From: Thermodesulfovibrionales bacterium
GTDB lineage: Bacteria > Nitrospirota > Thermodesulfovibrionia > Thermodesulfovibrionales > SM23-35
Assembly (NCBI GenBank): GCA_963753165.1
Contig: CAVWBP010000002.1
Span: forward strand, 272,301 to 336,300
Direction: 5' to 3'
Length of the DNA stretch: 64,000 bases
This document shows, in pieces, positions 9,239 to 19,315 of this stretch (position 1 is its first letter; each line of letters starts with the position of its first letter). The notes beneath the pieces were generated by a model. The model was not told where the DNA came from. It worked only from the letters and a program-made list of their open reading frames with translations, and searched no databases. The translations under genes and the position numbers were made by a program.

Positions 9239-10432
9239 CTAAAAAGGCAGATCCGTGATGCTGAATATCGCAAGGAGCATGGAGATGACGATGAACGCGA
9301 TGAGAAGCCCCATTGCAAGGATAATGACCGGCTCAAGAAGGCTTACGAATCTCTTGATCGCCACATTCAGGCTCTTCTCATAAGTCTGCGCGACCTTCAT
9401 CAGCATAGTGTCCAGCTGTCCGGTCTCTTCGCCGACCTTGATCATGGAAAGAGCGAGCTGCGGGAAAATATTCGTTTGAGAGAGAGGCTCCGCGATGCCT
9501 TTCCCCTCTTTTGCGCCTGAGGCTACACTGTCTATGCTGGCGGCCACGACATTGTTCCCGATTACATCTTTTGAGTTTTGGAGAGCCTGGAGCAGGGGGA
9601 CCCCGCTTTTCAAAAGGGTCCCGAGAGTACGGCAGAACCTTGCTGTTTCGAGTTTTCTGACAATGTCGCCCAACATTTTCAGTTTCAGCTTATCCCACTG
9701 GTATCGTCCCGCAGCTGATTTCGTATAGTTTCTGAAGATCAGCCAGCCTATGACCAGCGCAGATGCACATATCCACCAGTATGCCTTTATCGCATTGCTT
9801 ACCGTGAGGAGGATCTGTGTGGAGAGCGGCAGAGAACCTCCCAGTTCTGCAAATATCGAGGAAAATTTTGGAAGTACGAAGGTGAGGAGGACGATGATTG
9901 AGACCCCCGCGCTCACCATAAGAATAGTCGGATAGATCATGACGGAAACAACATGGTCTTTCAATGCCTTGGTCGACTCAAGGAACTCGTTCAACTTGTC
10001 CAATACCACGTCAAGCACCCCTCCGGCCTCGCCTGCGCGGATCATATTGACGTACAGCTTCGAAAAGATTCGCGGGTGCTTCTGCAGCGCGTCTGAAAAA
10101 GAACTGCCCTCCCGTATGGATTTCAGGACTGACTGGATGATGGTTTTCATTTCCCTGTCCTCTGATATTTCAGCAAGAATATTGAGGCTCCTGTCCAGGG
10201 GCAATCCTGCGCTCAAAAGCGCAGAGAGTTCGGTAGTGAACGTGAGGACGTCACTTTTTAATGAGCGGAGTCTGTATCTTTTCTGCAGACCTTCCTTGGG
10301 TGATGAAACCTGAAGAGGGATGACCCCGGAGTTCTTAAGCCTGTCGACAGCCGAACGTTCATCGGCAGCCTCTATGACCCCTTCGATGACCGATCCGTCG
10401 AGGGTAGTCGCTCTGTATGAGAAGACGGGCAC
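9239..10432 (-). CDS. gspF: Type II secretion inner-membrane platform GspF
   Basis: MPVFSYRA start, GEAGGVLD, IYP, GEETGQL, LLEPVIIL motifs. Confidence 0.93.
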   Translation of the reverse strand: MPVFSYRATTLDGSVIEGVIEAADERSAVDRLKNSGVIPLQVSSPKEGLQKRYRLRSLKSDVLTFTTELSALLSAGLPLDRSLNILAEISEDREMKTIIQSVLKSIREGSSFSDALQKHPRIFSKLYVNMIRAGEAGGVLDVVLDKLNEFLESTKALKDHVVSVMIYPTILMVSAGVSIIVLLTFVLPKFSSIFAELGGSLPLSTQILLTVSNAIKAYWWICASALVIGWLIFRNYTKSAAGRYQWDKLKLKMLGDIVRKLETARFCRTLGTLLKSGVPLLQALQNSKDVIGNNVVAASIDSVASGAKEGKGIAEPLSQTNIFPQLALSMIKVGEETGQLDTMLMKVAQTYEKSLNVAIKRFVSLLEPVIILAMGLLIAFIVISMLLAIFSITDLPF

Positions 10433-11956
10433 TTACGCCTCCTGTGTCACCCTGAGCACCTCGGTCAGGGTTGTTATGCCTTCCTTTATTTTTTGTGCGC
10501 CGTCTTCAAGCAAGGTGCGCATGCCGCGCTGACGGGCAAGTTGGCGTATCTCATTTGCATCGGAACTTTTCAGGATGAGTTTGCGGATATCGTCATCCAC
10601 CACAAGGAGTTCAAAAATGCCGAACCTGCTGTAGAAACCGGTGAATGCACACCGCTCACAGCCTCTCCCCCTATAAAGCGGAGTATCGGAGCCGATGCCG
10701 AGAATCCGTAATTCTTCAGCGCTCGCAGGAGAGGAATCCCGCTCTTTGCAGGAAGAACAGATTACCCGTACAAGCCTCTGCGCGAGGATGCCGCGTACTG
10801 TTGACGAGAGAAGAAAATTCTCAACCCCCATATCGAGGAGTCTCGTGATTGCGCTTGGCGCATCATTCGTGTGCAAAGTCGAAAAGACAAGATGTCCGGT
10901 CAGGGCGGATTGAATGGCAATCTCCGCAGTTTCCAGGTCTCTGATCTCGCCGATCATGATAATATCAGGGTCCTGTCGTACGATATGTCTCAGGGTATTC
11001 GCAAAGTTAAGACCGATCTGTGGTTTCATCTGGATCTGGTTTACGCCCTTTAACTGGTATTCCACCGGGTCTTCGACTGTGATGATTTTCTTGTCCGGCG
11101 AATTGATTTTGTCGAGCGCGCCGTACAGTGTTGTGGTCTTTCCGCTTCCGGTCGGGCCGGTGACAAGGAGGATGCCGTTCGGTTTAGTGATAAGCTGGTT
11201 AAAATCCTGCAATGTTTTGGGAGGAAATCCCAGGAGATTAAGGTCTATTACGATCCCTTCTTTGTGGAGTATGCGCATAACCACGCTCTCTCCATGCAGG
11301 GTAGGGATAGTTGAGACCCTCAGGTCAATCTCCCTTTCGTTGACTTTCAGCCGTATGCGGCCGTCCTGGGGCAGTCTCCTCTCAGCGATATTTAATTTCG
11401 CCATGATCTTGATCCTGGAGACAACCGCTGCCTGAAGTCGTTTGGGTGTTGATTCGATGTCGTTCAGGACACCATCGATGCGGTACCGGACTTTCAGCTC
11501 ATCCTCGAACGGTTCGATATGAATGTCACTCGCCCTGCCCTCGATTGCGCGGGTTATAAACATGTTTACCAGTCTGATGATAGGCGCTTCTGCCGCAAGG
11601 TCCTTGAGATGCCCGATATCCTCTTCCTCTTCTTTTAAAAACTCTATGCCTTTTTCACTCAGATCTTCAATAATCCTGTTGATGTTCTGCGTTTCCTGCT
11701 CATAGAAACGGGAGAGGTATTCCTCAAGCGCGTTGTTGTCGCAGGCAAATACTGCAACATCCGCCGAGGTGGCGACTTTCAGGGCGTCAACGGTGGCGGA
11801 ATCTTCCGGATCGGCCATGATGACCTTCAGGATATTGTTTTTCATCTCGATGGGGATGATCTTATTCTCACGGATGAACCGGGAGGATATGCCATTAATA
11901 ACAAAGGGGACCTTCGGAAGGTCTTCTGCATTCAAATAAGGAATATCTTTAATCAT
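10433..11956 (-). CDS. gspE: Type II secretion ATPase GspE
   Basis: ASDIHIEP, GPTGSGKTT, TVEDPVEY, RQDPDIIMIGEIRD, tetracysteine motif. Confidence 0.95.
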   Translation of the reverse strand: MIKDIPYLNAEDLPKVPFVINGISSRFIRENKIIPIEMKNNILKVIMADPEDSATVDALKVATSADVAVFACDNNALEEYLSRFYEQETQNINRIIEDLSEKGIEFLKEEEEDIGHLKDLAAEAPIIRLVNMFITRAIEGRASDIHIEPFEDELKVRYRIDGVLNDIESTPKRLQAAVVSRIKIMAKLNIAERRLPQDGRIRLKVNEREIDLRVSTIPTLHGESVVMRILHKEGIVIDLNLLGFPPKTLQDFNQLITKPNGILLVTGPTGSGKTTTLYGALDKINSPDKKIITVEDPVEYQLKGVNQIQMKPQIGLNFANTLRHIVRQDPDIIMIGEIRDLETAEIAIQSALTGHLVFSTLHTNDAPSAITRLLDMGVENFLLSSTVRGILAQRLVRVICSSCKERDSSPASAEELRILGIGSDTPLYRGRGCERCAFTGFYSRFGIFELLVVDDDIRKLILKSSDANEIRQLARQRGMRTLLEDGAQKIKEGITTLTEVLRVTQEA

Positions 11957-12002
11957 TTCTTATGCCCTCGCATATGATTTTTTAGTATATCACAAGCGTT
12001 TC

Positions 12003-13502
12003 TCAGTATGCGCCTTCAGCTTTGAGCACCACCTTCACCGTTTTAAAAAGAATGACGATATCGAGCCATAATGACCAGTTCATGACGTACCAGGCGTCAA
12101 GTTTCAACCGGTGCTTATAGCTGGTATTGCTCCTGCCGGAAACCTGCCAGAGACCGGTTATCCCGGGTTTTGCACTGCAGATTACCTGCATATTTTCCTG
12201 GAGGTCTTCCTTTTCCCGCGGAAGATACGGCCGTGGTCCCACAAGGCTCATTTCGCCTTTCAGGACATTGAATATCTGCGGGAGTTCATCAAGTGAAGTC
12301 GTTCGGAGAAAACGCCCGACCTTTGTGATACGCGGGTCATCCTTCAATTTCCATGTGTGTTCCCACTCAACCCTGATCTCCTCGTTCCGGTCCAGCAGTT
12401 CTTTCAGTTTTTCCTCTGCATCACGGTGCATAGTCCTGAATTTATAACAGCGGAAGATCCGTCCGTTCCGGCCGATCCTGTCATGGGAGTAGAGAGCCTG
12501 CCCCGGCGTCTCCAGACGTATTATCAACCCGATAATCGCCGTAACGGGAAGCAGGAGGGGTAGGGAAACGACACAGAGAGAAATATCAAAAAGCCTTTTA
12601 ATGAGGCGGTTTGCTGCAGACTTGAGGTTGTTCCTGATATTCATCAGGAAGAGCTGCTCGCTGAAAAGGTGTGTGAGGTCGGTATTCAGGATTGCGATGC
12701 CCTTCAGCGCGGGGATAAGCATCGTATTGACTGCACTATTCTGGACTTTCGCCGTGAGAGCCGAGAGTTGCTCCGGAGGCAGTGAAGGGATCGCGATGAT
12801 TACGGTCTTTACCTGCTGCTCTTCCATAACCGCACGGAAATCGGAAACCCTGCCGAATACTTTCCTCCCGAGAATTACAGTCCCTGTTTTCTGCTCATCA
12901 TCATCGAGAAACCCAACGACATCGTATCCTATGTGTTTCTCCTTCAGGAGCCCTTCGATGGCAAGCCTGCCTGCGTTCCCTGCGCCGAGAATGAGTACTT
13001 TCTCTCTTCTGATTCCGGTTTTATAAAGGAGTTTTTTCCCCCAGAGCCGGAAGAGCGGCAGGAAGAAGAGAGACGAGAACCAGAGTCCGAGCAGAACGAT
13101 ACGGGATACAAAGTCGCCCATTTTCCCGAGCGTCACGATGGCCATCAGGGTGATACTCGCGAGGGATACGGATTTTGCTATGTCCCTTGTCTCATCCCAG
13201 AACGGCAGGTTGTTGTCATAAAGGTCCTCATAGAAGATGAAGAGTATGAATGTTGCGGGTATCCACCATAAGGAAACGAAATCGGTATAGGAGAAATGGA
13301 AGGGGGGCAGGTGAGAAAAAAAAGCAGGGAGGACGTCAGCCCTTAGCTCCCATGCAAGAGAGAGAGACGTATAAAAGGCAAGGAGATCGATAAGCATGAG
13401 CGAGGATACACGCAACAGTTTCCGGAACATCCCGTTCACCGTCTCTGTCTCCTTTGCGGTTGTCTCAGCGCGCGTGAAGTTCCGGGAGAGGCAAGGCGGC
13501 AA
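12003..13502 (-). CDS. wbaP: Undecaprenyl-phosphate sugar phosphotransferase (WbaP family); start may be ATG 13430
   Basis: N-terminal TMs, GAGNAG Rossmann-like domain, KFRTM, DDPRITKVGRFLRTTSLDELPQ, KPGITGLWQVSGR, DAWYV.NWSLWLD. Confidence 0.93.
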   Translation of the reverse strand: MPPCLSRNFTRAETTAKETETVNGMFRKLLRVSSLMLIDLLAFYTSLSLAWELRADVLPAFFSHLPPFHFSYTDFVSLWWIPATFILFIFYEDLYDNNLPFWDETRDIAKSVSLASITLMAIVTLGKMGDFVSRIVLLGLWFSSLFFLPLFRLWGKKLLYKTGIRREKVLILGAGNAGRLAIEGLLKEKHIGYDVVGFLDDDEQKTGTVILGRKVFGRVSDFRAVMEEQQVKTVIIAIPSLPPEQLSALTAKVQNSAVNTMLIPALKGIAILNTDLTHLFSEQLFLMNIRNNLKSAANRLIKRLFDISLCVVSLPLLLPVTAIIGLIIRLETPGQALYSHDRIGRNGRIFRCYKFRTMHRDAEEKLKELLDRNEEIRVEWEHTWKLKDDPRITKVGRFLRTTSLDELPQIFNVLKGEMSLVGPRPYLPREKEDLQENMQVICSAKPGITGLWQVSGRSNTSYKHRLKLDAWYVMNWSLWLDIVILFKTVKVVLKAEGAY

Positions 13503-13651
13503 AAGGTTTTTTCATGTATCTTGGTGTTTATCCGCGGAATAATGACCGATATTCCCATCGGATTGTATTGTAGCATATGATTGACATGATTGACTGAAAG
13601 CAACTATCTTACTATAGTGTAGAGAGAGTAAATGAGAAGAATAAGCCTTCG

Positions 13652-14143
13652 ATGAAAAATGACAGCAAGCCTTTTGTGGAGATTTTTACCGATGGTGCAT
13701 GCAGCGGGAATCCCGGGGTGGGAGGATACGGGGTGATCCTCCGGTGCGGAGACAGGGAAAAGGAGTTGTCAGGCTGTGACCCTGCAACCACAAACAACCG
13801 GATGGAGCTCACCGCGGTTATCACTGCACTTGAAGCATTAAAAAAACCCTGCAGGGCGAAAGTCACGACGGATTCCAATTATGTGGTGCAGGGAATAACA
13901 GTCTGGATCCACGCCTGGATAAGGAATAACTGGAAGAACAGCCAGAAACAGAAGGTCCTTAACAGGGACCTCTGGGAACGTTTGTTCCAGCTGTCCCGTT
14001 TCCACGAGATTCAGTGGGAATGGATACGGGGACACAGTAATCATGCGGAAAATGAACGATGTGATACACTTGCCAGGGATTCGGTCGTGAAATGCAAGGA
14101 GAGGACTGCAACCGGTGATCTTGCGACAGGACGGAATGTATGA
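13652..14143 (+). CDS. rnhA: Ribonuclease HI
   Basis: [37 protein letters not shown]. Confidence 0.97.
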   Translation: MKNDSKPFVEIFTDGACSGNPGVGGYGVILRCGDREKELSGCDPATTNNRMELTAVITALEALKKPCRAKVTTDSNYVVQGITVWIHAWIRNNWKNSQKQKVLNRDLWERLFQLSRFHEIQWEWIRGHSNHAENERCDTLARDSVVKCKERTATGDLATGRNV

Positions 14144-14700
14144 CAGAGGTTGATATCAAAAACCTGTCAGGGATGTTTCTGATCGCGGTGCCGGCGCTGA
14201 AGGACCCGAACTTCGAGCGTTCGGTAGTGCTTATCTGCGACCACACGCAGGACGGGGCCTTCGGTCTCGTGATAAACCGCATTCTGCTGAGCAGTTTTGT
14301 TCCTCTCCGGAAAGGACTTGATATTAAAGACTCTCTTATCGACCTGCCGGTGTATTACGGTGGTCCTGTAAAACCGGAACAGGGGTATATCCTCTATACT
14401 CCCCCGGAAACATATTACCCTTCAATCAAGATAAACGATACCCTCACCCTCACGACATCAAAGGAAATCCTTATTGATATCTCCATGGGCAAGGGACCGG
14501 AAAAGTACCTGTTTACCCTTGGTTTTGCAGGATGGTCGCCCGGACAGCTCGAATACGAACTCATGACAGACAGCTGGCTCATTGCTCCCCTGGACAACAC
14601 GATACTCTTTGATACGCCGGTGAATGAACGCTGGAAGGCTGCAGCCGGCTCCATAGGGGTTGACTTGTCCCGGATGTTCTTCAGGCAGGGGCAGGTTTGA
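14140..14700 (+). CDS. YqgE/AlgH family protein
   Basis: [44 protein letters not shown]. Confidence 0.93.
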   Translation: MTEVDIKNLSGMFLIAVPALKDPNFERSVVLICDHTQDGAFGLVINRILLSSFVPLRKGLDIKDSLIDLPVYYGGPVKPEQGYILYTPPETYYPSIKINDTLTLTTSKEILIDISMGKGPEKYLFTLGFAGWSPGQLEYELMTDSWLIAPLDNTILFDTPVNERWKAAAGSIGVDLSRMFFRQGQV

Positions 14701-14770
14701 TGGCTTGAGTTGACATTTACCTATAGTTTTTATTATCTTAATAGTCTTAATAATAATTCAGGAAGGTGGC

Positions 14771-15208
14771 GTGATGAGGACAGTTTTTACGAAAAAGGAC
14801 GAAGTCGAACGGAAGTGGTACCTTATAGATGCCAACAATGCTGTGCTGGGAAGGCTTGCGGTCAAGATTGCCAATTACCTCAGGGGGAAGAACAAGCCGA
14901 TATTCACCCCAAACGCTGATACCGGTGATTTTATTGTTGTTGTCAATGCAGAGAAAGTAAAACTCACAGGCAGGAAACTGGACGACAAGGTTTATTACCG
15001 GCATTCAGGATATCCGGGCGGCATTAAGTCAGAGACGGCACGGGAGCGCATGAATAAAGCTCCGGAAATGATTCTTGAGGACGCAGTATGGGGCATGCTT
15101 CCCAAGGGAAGGCTTGGAAGGGCAATGATAAAAAAACTGAAGGTTTACCGGGGACCGGAACATCCCCACGAAGCACAGAAACCGGAAATATTGACCGTAT
15201 CAGAATAA
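14771..15208 (+). CDS. rplM: 50S ribosomal protein L13
   Basis: [37 protein letters not shown]. Confidence 0.98.
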   Translation: MMRTVFTKKDEVERKWYLIDANNAVLGRLAVKIANYLRGKNKPIFTPNADTGDFIVVVNAEKVKLTGRKLDDKVYYRHSGYPGGIKSETARERMNKAPEMILEDAVWGMLPKGRLGRAMIKKLKVYRGPEHPHEAQKPEILTVSE

Positions 15209-15218
15209 GGAGTTATAC

Positions 15219-15611
15219 ATGGCAGAAATTCAGTATAACGCAACAGGAAGACGAAAGACCGCAGTCGCAAGGGTTACCCTCACACCGGGAACCGGCCAGA
15301 TCATAGTCAACAAGAAACCGGCTGATAATTATTTCTCGCGTGAGACGCTCCGGATGGTCATCCGGCAGCCTATCGAGCTTGCCGGGATTACAGGGAAATA
15401 TGATATTACCGCTACAGTCGAAGGCGGGGGCCTCTCCGGTCAGGCCGGCGCGGTAAAGCATGGCATTTCCCGCGCCATTGTTGATATGAACAGCGACCTT
15501 CGCGTGAGACTCAAGAAGGAAGGCTTTCTCAGAAGAGACCCGAGGGAAAAAGAGAGAAAGAAGTACGGCCAGAAGGGCGCCAGGAAGAGATTCCAGTTCT
15601 CCAAGAGATAA
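15219..15611 (+). CDS. rpsI: 30S ribosomal protein S9
   Basis: [40 protein letters not shown]. Confidence 0.98.
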   Translation: MAEIQYNATGRRKTAVARVTLTPGTGQIIVNKKPADNYFSRETLRMVIRQPIELAGITGKYDITATVEGGGLSGQAGAVKHGISRAIVDMNSDLRVRLKKEGFLRRDPREKERKKYGQKGARKRFQFSKR

Positions 15612-15714
15612 AAAAGCAGCCATTGGTCATCGGTTGATAGTCGCGAACACGTGTGAGCATGCGGAACGGCTGACATATATGTGCTGAGAGGCCAATGGCC
15701 GGTGACAGGGGACT

Positions 15715-16755
15715 ATGATAAAAGTATGCATTTGCGGAGGCAGTGGCTATACAGGGATTGAGCTCCTCCGTATCCTGTCGCATCATCCCGGAGTAGTCGT
15801 TACCGGGGCGACTTCTGAAAAATCCGCAGGAAAAAAGGTTTCGGATCTCTTCCCCCATCTTGCATGCTACAAAAACCTTGTCTATGAACCATTAGACAGG
15901 GGAACACTTCTCGAAAAAGCTGAGGTGTTTTTCCTCGCACTTCCCCATGGAACCTCCCAGGAAACGGTCCATTTCTTTTTCAGCAAAAACAGGAAGGTTA
16001 TAGACCTGTCTGCTGATTACAGGCTTTCAAGCCCGGCCCTCTATGAAAAGTGGTATGGCATCCCCCATGCCTTTGTGCAGACCCTGAAGAAGGCGGTTTA
16101 CGGGCTTCCTGAGCTCTACAGAAAGAGGATCAGGGGGGCCAGACTCATTGCGAACCCGGGATGTTATCCCACGGGCGCCATACTCGCGTTAATCCCTGCA
16201 CTGAAAGGGAAGATGATCGATGTCTCCTCGATAATCATCGATTCGAAATCCGGCACAAGCGGCGCAGGCAGGAAAGCTGATGTGGCTGTCTCCTACTGCG
16301 AGGTAAACGAAGGATTCAGGGCCTACTCAGTGGGTACTCACCGTCATACTCCCGAAATCGAGCAGGAGTTATCACTGGTTTACGGAAAAGATATCAGGGT
16401 GAATTTTACGCCTCATCTCCTGCCTCTGGACAGGGGCATTCTCTCCACGGTCTATGCTCCGCTTGTGAAGAAGGCGACTCCGGCGCAGATCGTGGACATC
16501 TATCAAAAGGCGTATCAGAAGGAGCCGTTCGTAAGGGTCCTTGAGTATGGGAAATACCCGAATATCAAGAATGTAAGAGGCACGAATCATTGTGAGATCG
16601 GATTAAAACTGAATGAGCGGACACACACCCTGATCGTCATAACCGCAATTGATAACCTCGTGAAGGGCGCTTCCGGGCAGGCTGTGCATAATATGAATCT
16701 CATGCTGGGGTTTGAGGAAACAACAGCCCTGGATACCCTGGCGCTCTATCCTTAA
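15715..16755 (+). CDS. argC: N-acetyl-gamma-glutamyl-phosphate reductase
   Basis: GGSGYTG, DLSADYRL, IANPGCYPT, SGTSGAGR, DNLVKGASGQA. Confidence 0.97.
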   Translation: MIKVCICGGSGYTGIELLRILSHHPGVVVTGATSEKSAGKKVSDLFPHLACYKNLVYEPLDRGTLLEKAEVFFLALPHGTSQETVHFFFSKNRKVIDLSADYRLSSPALYEKWYGIPHAFVQTLKKAVYGLPELYRKRIRGARLIANPGCYPTGAILALIPALKGKMIDVSSIIIDSKSGTSGAGRKADVAVSYCEVNEGFRAYSVGTHRHTPEIEQELSLVYGKDIRVNFTPHLLPLDRGILSTVYAPLVKKATPAQIVDIYQKAYQKEPFVRVLEYGKYPNIKNVRGTNHCEIGLKLNERTHTLIVITAIDNLVKGASGQAVHNMNLMLGFEETTALDTLALYP

Positions 16756-16757
16756 AA

Positions 16758-17933
16758 ATGACACCAAAGGGCTTTCTTTTTTCAACAGCCGAAGCTGCAA
16801 TAAAAAAACCGGGCCGAAAAGACCTTGCGCTCATTTATTCCCAGGTTGAAGCCGCAATTGCAGGGACATTTACCACCAACAGAGTGAAAGCGGCGCCGGT
16901 CAGGCTTGACATGAAGAGAATACGGTCGGCTGCAGGACAGGCGATCATTGTGAACAGCGGCAACGCAAATGCCTGTACAGGGAGGCAGGGGATGAAGGAT
17001 GCCGGAGAGATGACGGTTCTTGCCGCCCGCTCCCTTAAAATAAAACCCTCCTCTGTCTATGTATGTTCCACAGGGGTGATTGGAGCCCCGATGCCGATGG
17101 ACAGGATCAGGCTGAAGATCCCTGAACTGGCAGAAAATCTCGGCCGTCATTCCCTTGACGACGTTGCGCAGGCGATCATGACAACCGATACATTCCCCAA
17201 GATTGTTCAGAGGAGGGTCAGAATCGGGAAAAGGACGGGCGTCATTGCAGGGGTCTGCAAGGGTGCGGGCATGATCTGGCCGAATATGGCAACCATGCTC
17301 TGTTTCTTAATGACCGATATTGCGGTAAACCGGAAGACATTGCAGAAAGCGCTTCTGAACTCTGTGAGCAGGTCTTTCAACAGAATTACCATTGACGGTG
17401 ACAGGTCAACGAATGACACGGCCCTGCTGATGGCGAACGGTATGATCGGGAACCGCGAGATCACAGAAAAGTCGAAGGCGTATAAAGATTTCTCGAAAAT
17501 GCTCGATGAAGTTACCTATGAGCTCTCAAAATTGATCGCCGGCGACGGAGAGGGTGCGAGCAAACTTGTCGAAATAGAAGTGAGAGGGGCACGGAGCGAA
17601 GAAGCTGCGGAACGGGCGGCGTTTTCGGTTGCCAATTCCAGCCTTGTAAAAACAGCCCTGTACGGGAATGATGCAAACTGGGGACGAATCATGGCAGCCC
17701 TTGGATATTCCGGGGTGCCGATTCGGGAGGAGAAAATCGACATACGGATCGGGAAGGTCAAAGTTGCATCAAAAGGGGTGAGCAATGGCAGGGACAGGGA
17801 GGCAGGCGAAGCCTTAAAAAATAAGAAAATTCAAATAGTTATCGATCTGAACAGTGGGAAAAAGAGCGCAAAGGTTCTGACCTGTGATCTGACCGAAGAA
17901 TATATAAAAGTGAACGCAGATTATCGTACGTAA
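16758..17933 (+). CDS. argJ: Bifunctional ornithine acetyltransferase
   Basis: FTTN.VKAAPV, NSGNANACTG, KGAGMI.PNMATML, DGD.STND, GNDANWGR. Confidence 0.97.
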   Translation: MTPKGFLFSTAEAAIKKPGRKDLALIYSQVEAAIAGTFTTNRVKAAPVRLDMKRIRSAAGQAIIVNSGNANACTGRQGMKDAGEMTVLAARSLKIKPSSVYVCSTGVIGAPMPMDRIRLKIPELAENLGRHSLDDVAQAIMTTDTFPKIVQRRVRIGKRTGVIAGVCKGAGMIWPNMATMLCFLMTDIAVNRKTLQKALLNSVSRSFNRITIDGDRSTNDTALLMANGMIGNREITEKSKAYKDFSKMLDEVTYELSKLIAGDGEGASKLVEIEVRGARSEEAAERAAFSVANSSLVKTALYGNDANWGRIMAALGYSGVPIREEKIDIRIGKVKVASKGVSNGRDREAGEALKNKKIQIVIDLNSGKKSAKVLTCDLTEEYIKVNADYRT

Positions 17934-17951
17934 AAATACTTAGTTTTTTTC

Positions 17952-17981
17952 TTGACAAACGATGTCAGGGAATGGTAAATT
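17952..17981 (+). promoter_or_regulatory. Sigma70-type promoter (TTGACA, 18 nt, extended -10 TGnTAAATT) with TGACA-N5-TGTCA palindrome over the -35
   Basis: Read directly at 17952-17981; no ORF follows on +. Confidence 0.55.
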
Positions 17982-17987
17982 TTTTTA

Positions 17988-18049
17988 AATGCCTCGTTAT
18001 CTCCCCTAATACTGCTGTCCAACTCCCACGGGCAGCAGTATTTAATTTT
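17988..18049 (+). ncRNA. Candidate small RNA with two CUCCC motifs ending in an intrinsic terminator
   Basis: Promoter upstream; 13-bp stem 18008-18020/18030-18042 with loop AACTCCCAC; T-rich tail. Confidence 0.4.
18008..18049 (+). terminator. Intrinsic terminator hairpin between convergent argJ and DUF362 gene
   Basis: AATACTGCTGTCC / GGGCAGCAGTATT followed by TAATTTT. Confidence 0.7.
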
Positions 18050-18075
18050 ACAGTGAAAGCAAACGCTAATTATCT

Positions 18076-19218
18076 TTAAATTTCAATGAGTTCATAGCTT
18101 CTTGTACCCAGCCCAAGCTTTTCCGCTGCCTCAAACTGGAGATGGTAGTCCCGTTCGCTGAGCTTGAACAGGATATCGTCACCCGGTACTATCTTTTTTT
18201 CGTCCGCAAAAGACTGGGGGAGCGGTGGGGCCTTTAAAAGCATATCAACGCTTGCCTGTTCGATTGATACGATATCGTCAGATATGAGAATCCCCTGGTC
18301 CTGTATCACAGGAACATCAGCCACCGGCATACAATCGCACTCAGGTTGTATTTCCGTAAGGAAATTGAGGTAAATGACCTTCTGAGGTTTAAATGTGTCA
18401 AGAACCAGCTTTGCAGCCTCGGCAAGAGAACGCATAAACCGCTGTTCATCACCCGGGAGCGAGAGCCCCCTGGACTGACAGACCCGTTCACACCTGCCGC
18501 ACCTCCAGCATTCATTGGTGTCCCATTCGAGTTGATCATCGACAAATTTTATTGCGTCGAGCGGGCAGATCTCCATGCACTGGTAGCAGAGCTCGCATTT
18601 CTCTTTGTCCCATGAAAGCATCCCTTCGCCGAGAGTGTGCATGGCGCCCCTGCCGCATTTCCACCCACATTCCCTGTGCCGGGAACTCACCCCGCCCATG
18701 GCAATATTTTTTATTGCGCCTGCGTATCCTGACTGGATATGACCCTTTATATGTGAGCAGACGACCATGGCCGGCACATCGTAGATGACGCTTGCGATGG
18801 CAATTTCCTTCAGGATGTCGATCCCCTTCACCATAATATTATCGTTCCCGTAGAGTCCGTCAGCCAGAATAACCGGAGCCCCTACAGAAAGATGATTGAG
18901 GCCGTTCTGGTTCGCAACGTCGAGGTAATCAAGCCCTTTGATTCTTACTGTATCAGTCACAAAGGGTTTTGCCCCGCATGTCCTGAGTGCTTCTACCACC
19001 TTTCTCAAGAAAACCGGTCGTATGATCCTGTGCGCCCCTTCAGAACCCAGATGGGTCTTTATTGCGACCCATTCCTGCGGTCCGCAATACTTCGAAAGAT
19101 TGAATTCTTTGAGAAGCCGTTCGAGTTTGCCGGGCATACTGTCATCGTACTTCCATTTTTTTGCCCGTGCAGATGCAAAAAATACCTGTGACATTGGAAA
19201 ATCCTCCTCTGACGTCAT
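18076..19218 (-). CDS. DUF362 domain Fe-S protein (likely start 19194)
   Basis: AIKTHLGSEG, KPFVTDT, SHIKGH...GAIKN.AMG, two CxxCxxCxxxC ferredoxin motifs, PECDC. Confidence 0.88.
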   Translation of the reverse strand: MTSEEDFPMSQVFFASARAKKWKYDDSMPGKLERLLKEFNLSKYCGPQEWVAIKTHLGSEGAHRIIRPVFLRKVVEALRTCGAKPFVTDTVRIKGLDYLDVANQNGLNHLSVGAPVILADGLYGNDNIMVKGIDILKEIAIASVIYDVPAMVVCSHIKGHIQSGYAGAIKNIAMGGVSSRHRECGWKCGRGAMHTLGEGMLSWDKEKCELCYQCMEICPLDAIKFVDDQLEWDTNECWRCGRCERVCQSRGLSLPGDEQRFMRSLAEAAKLVLDTFKPQKVIYLNFLTEIQPECDCMPVADVPVIQDQGILISDDIVSIEQASVDMLLKAPPLPQSFADEKKIVPGDDILFKLSERDYHLQFEAAEKLGLGTRSYELIEI

Positions 19219-19315
19219 TCAGTTATGATTGACAGAACTGTTTGTTTCTCATTATAGCAATTGTAAGGAATTCTGTGATATTCCGGCGATACTCTTTTTC
19301 ATACTGTTCAGGAAG

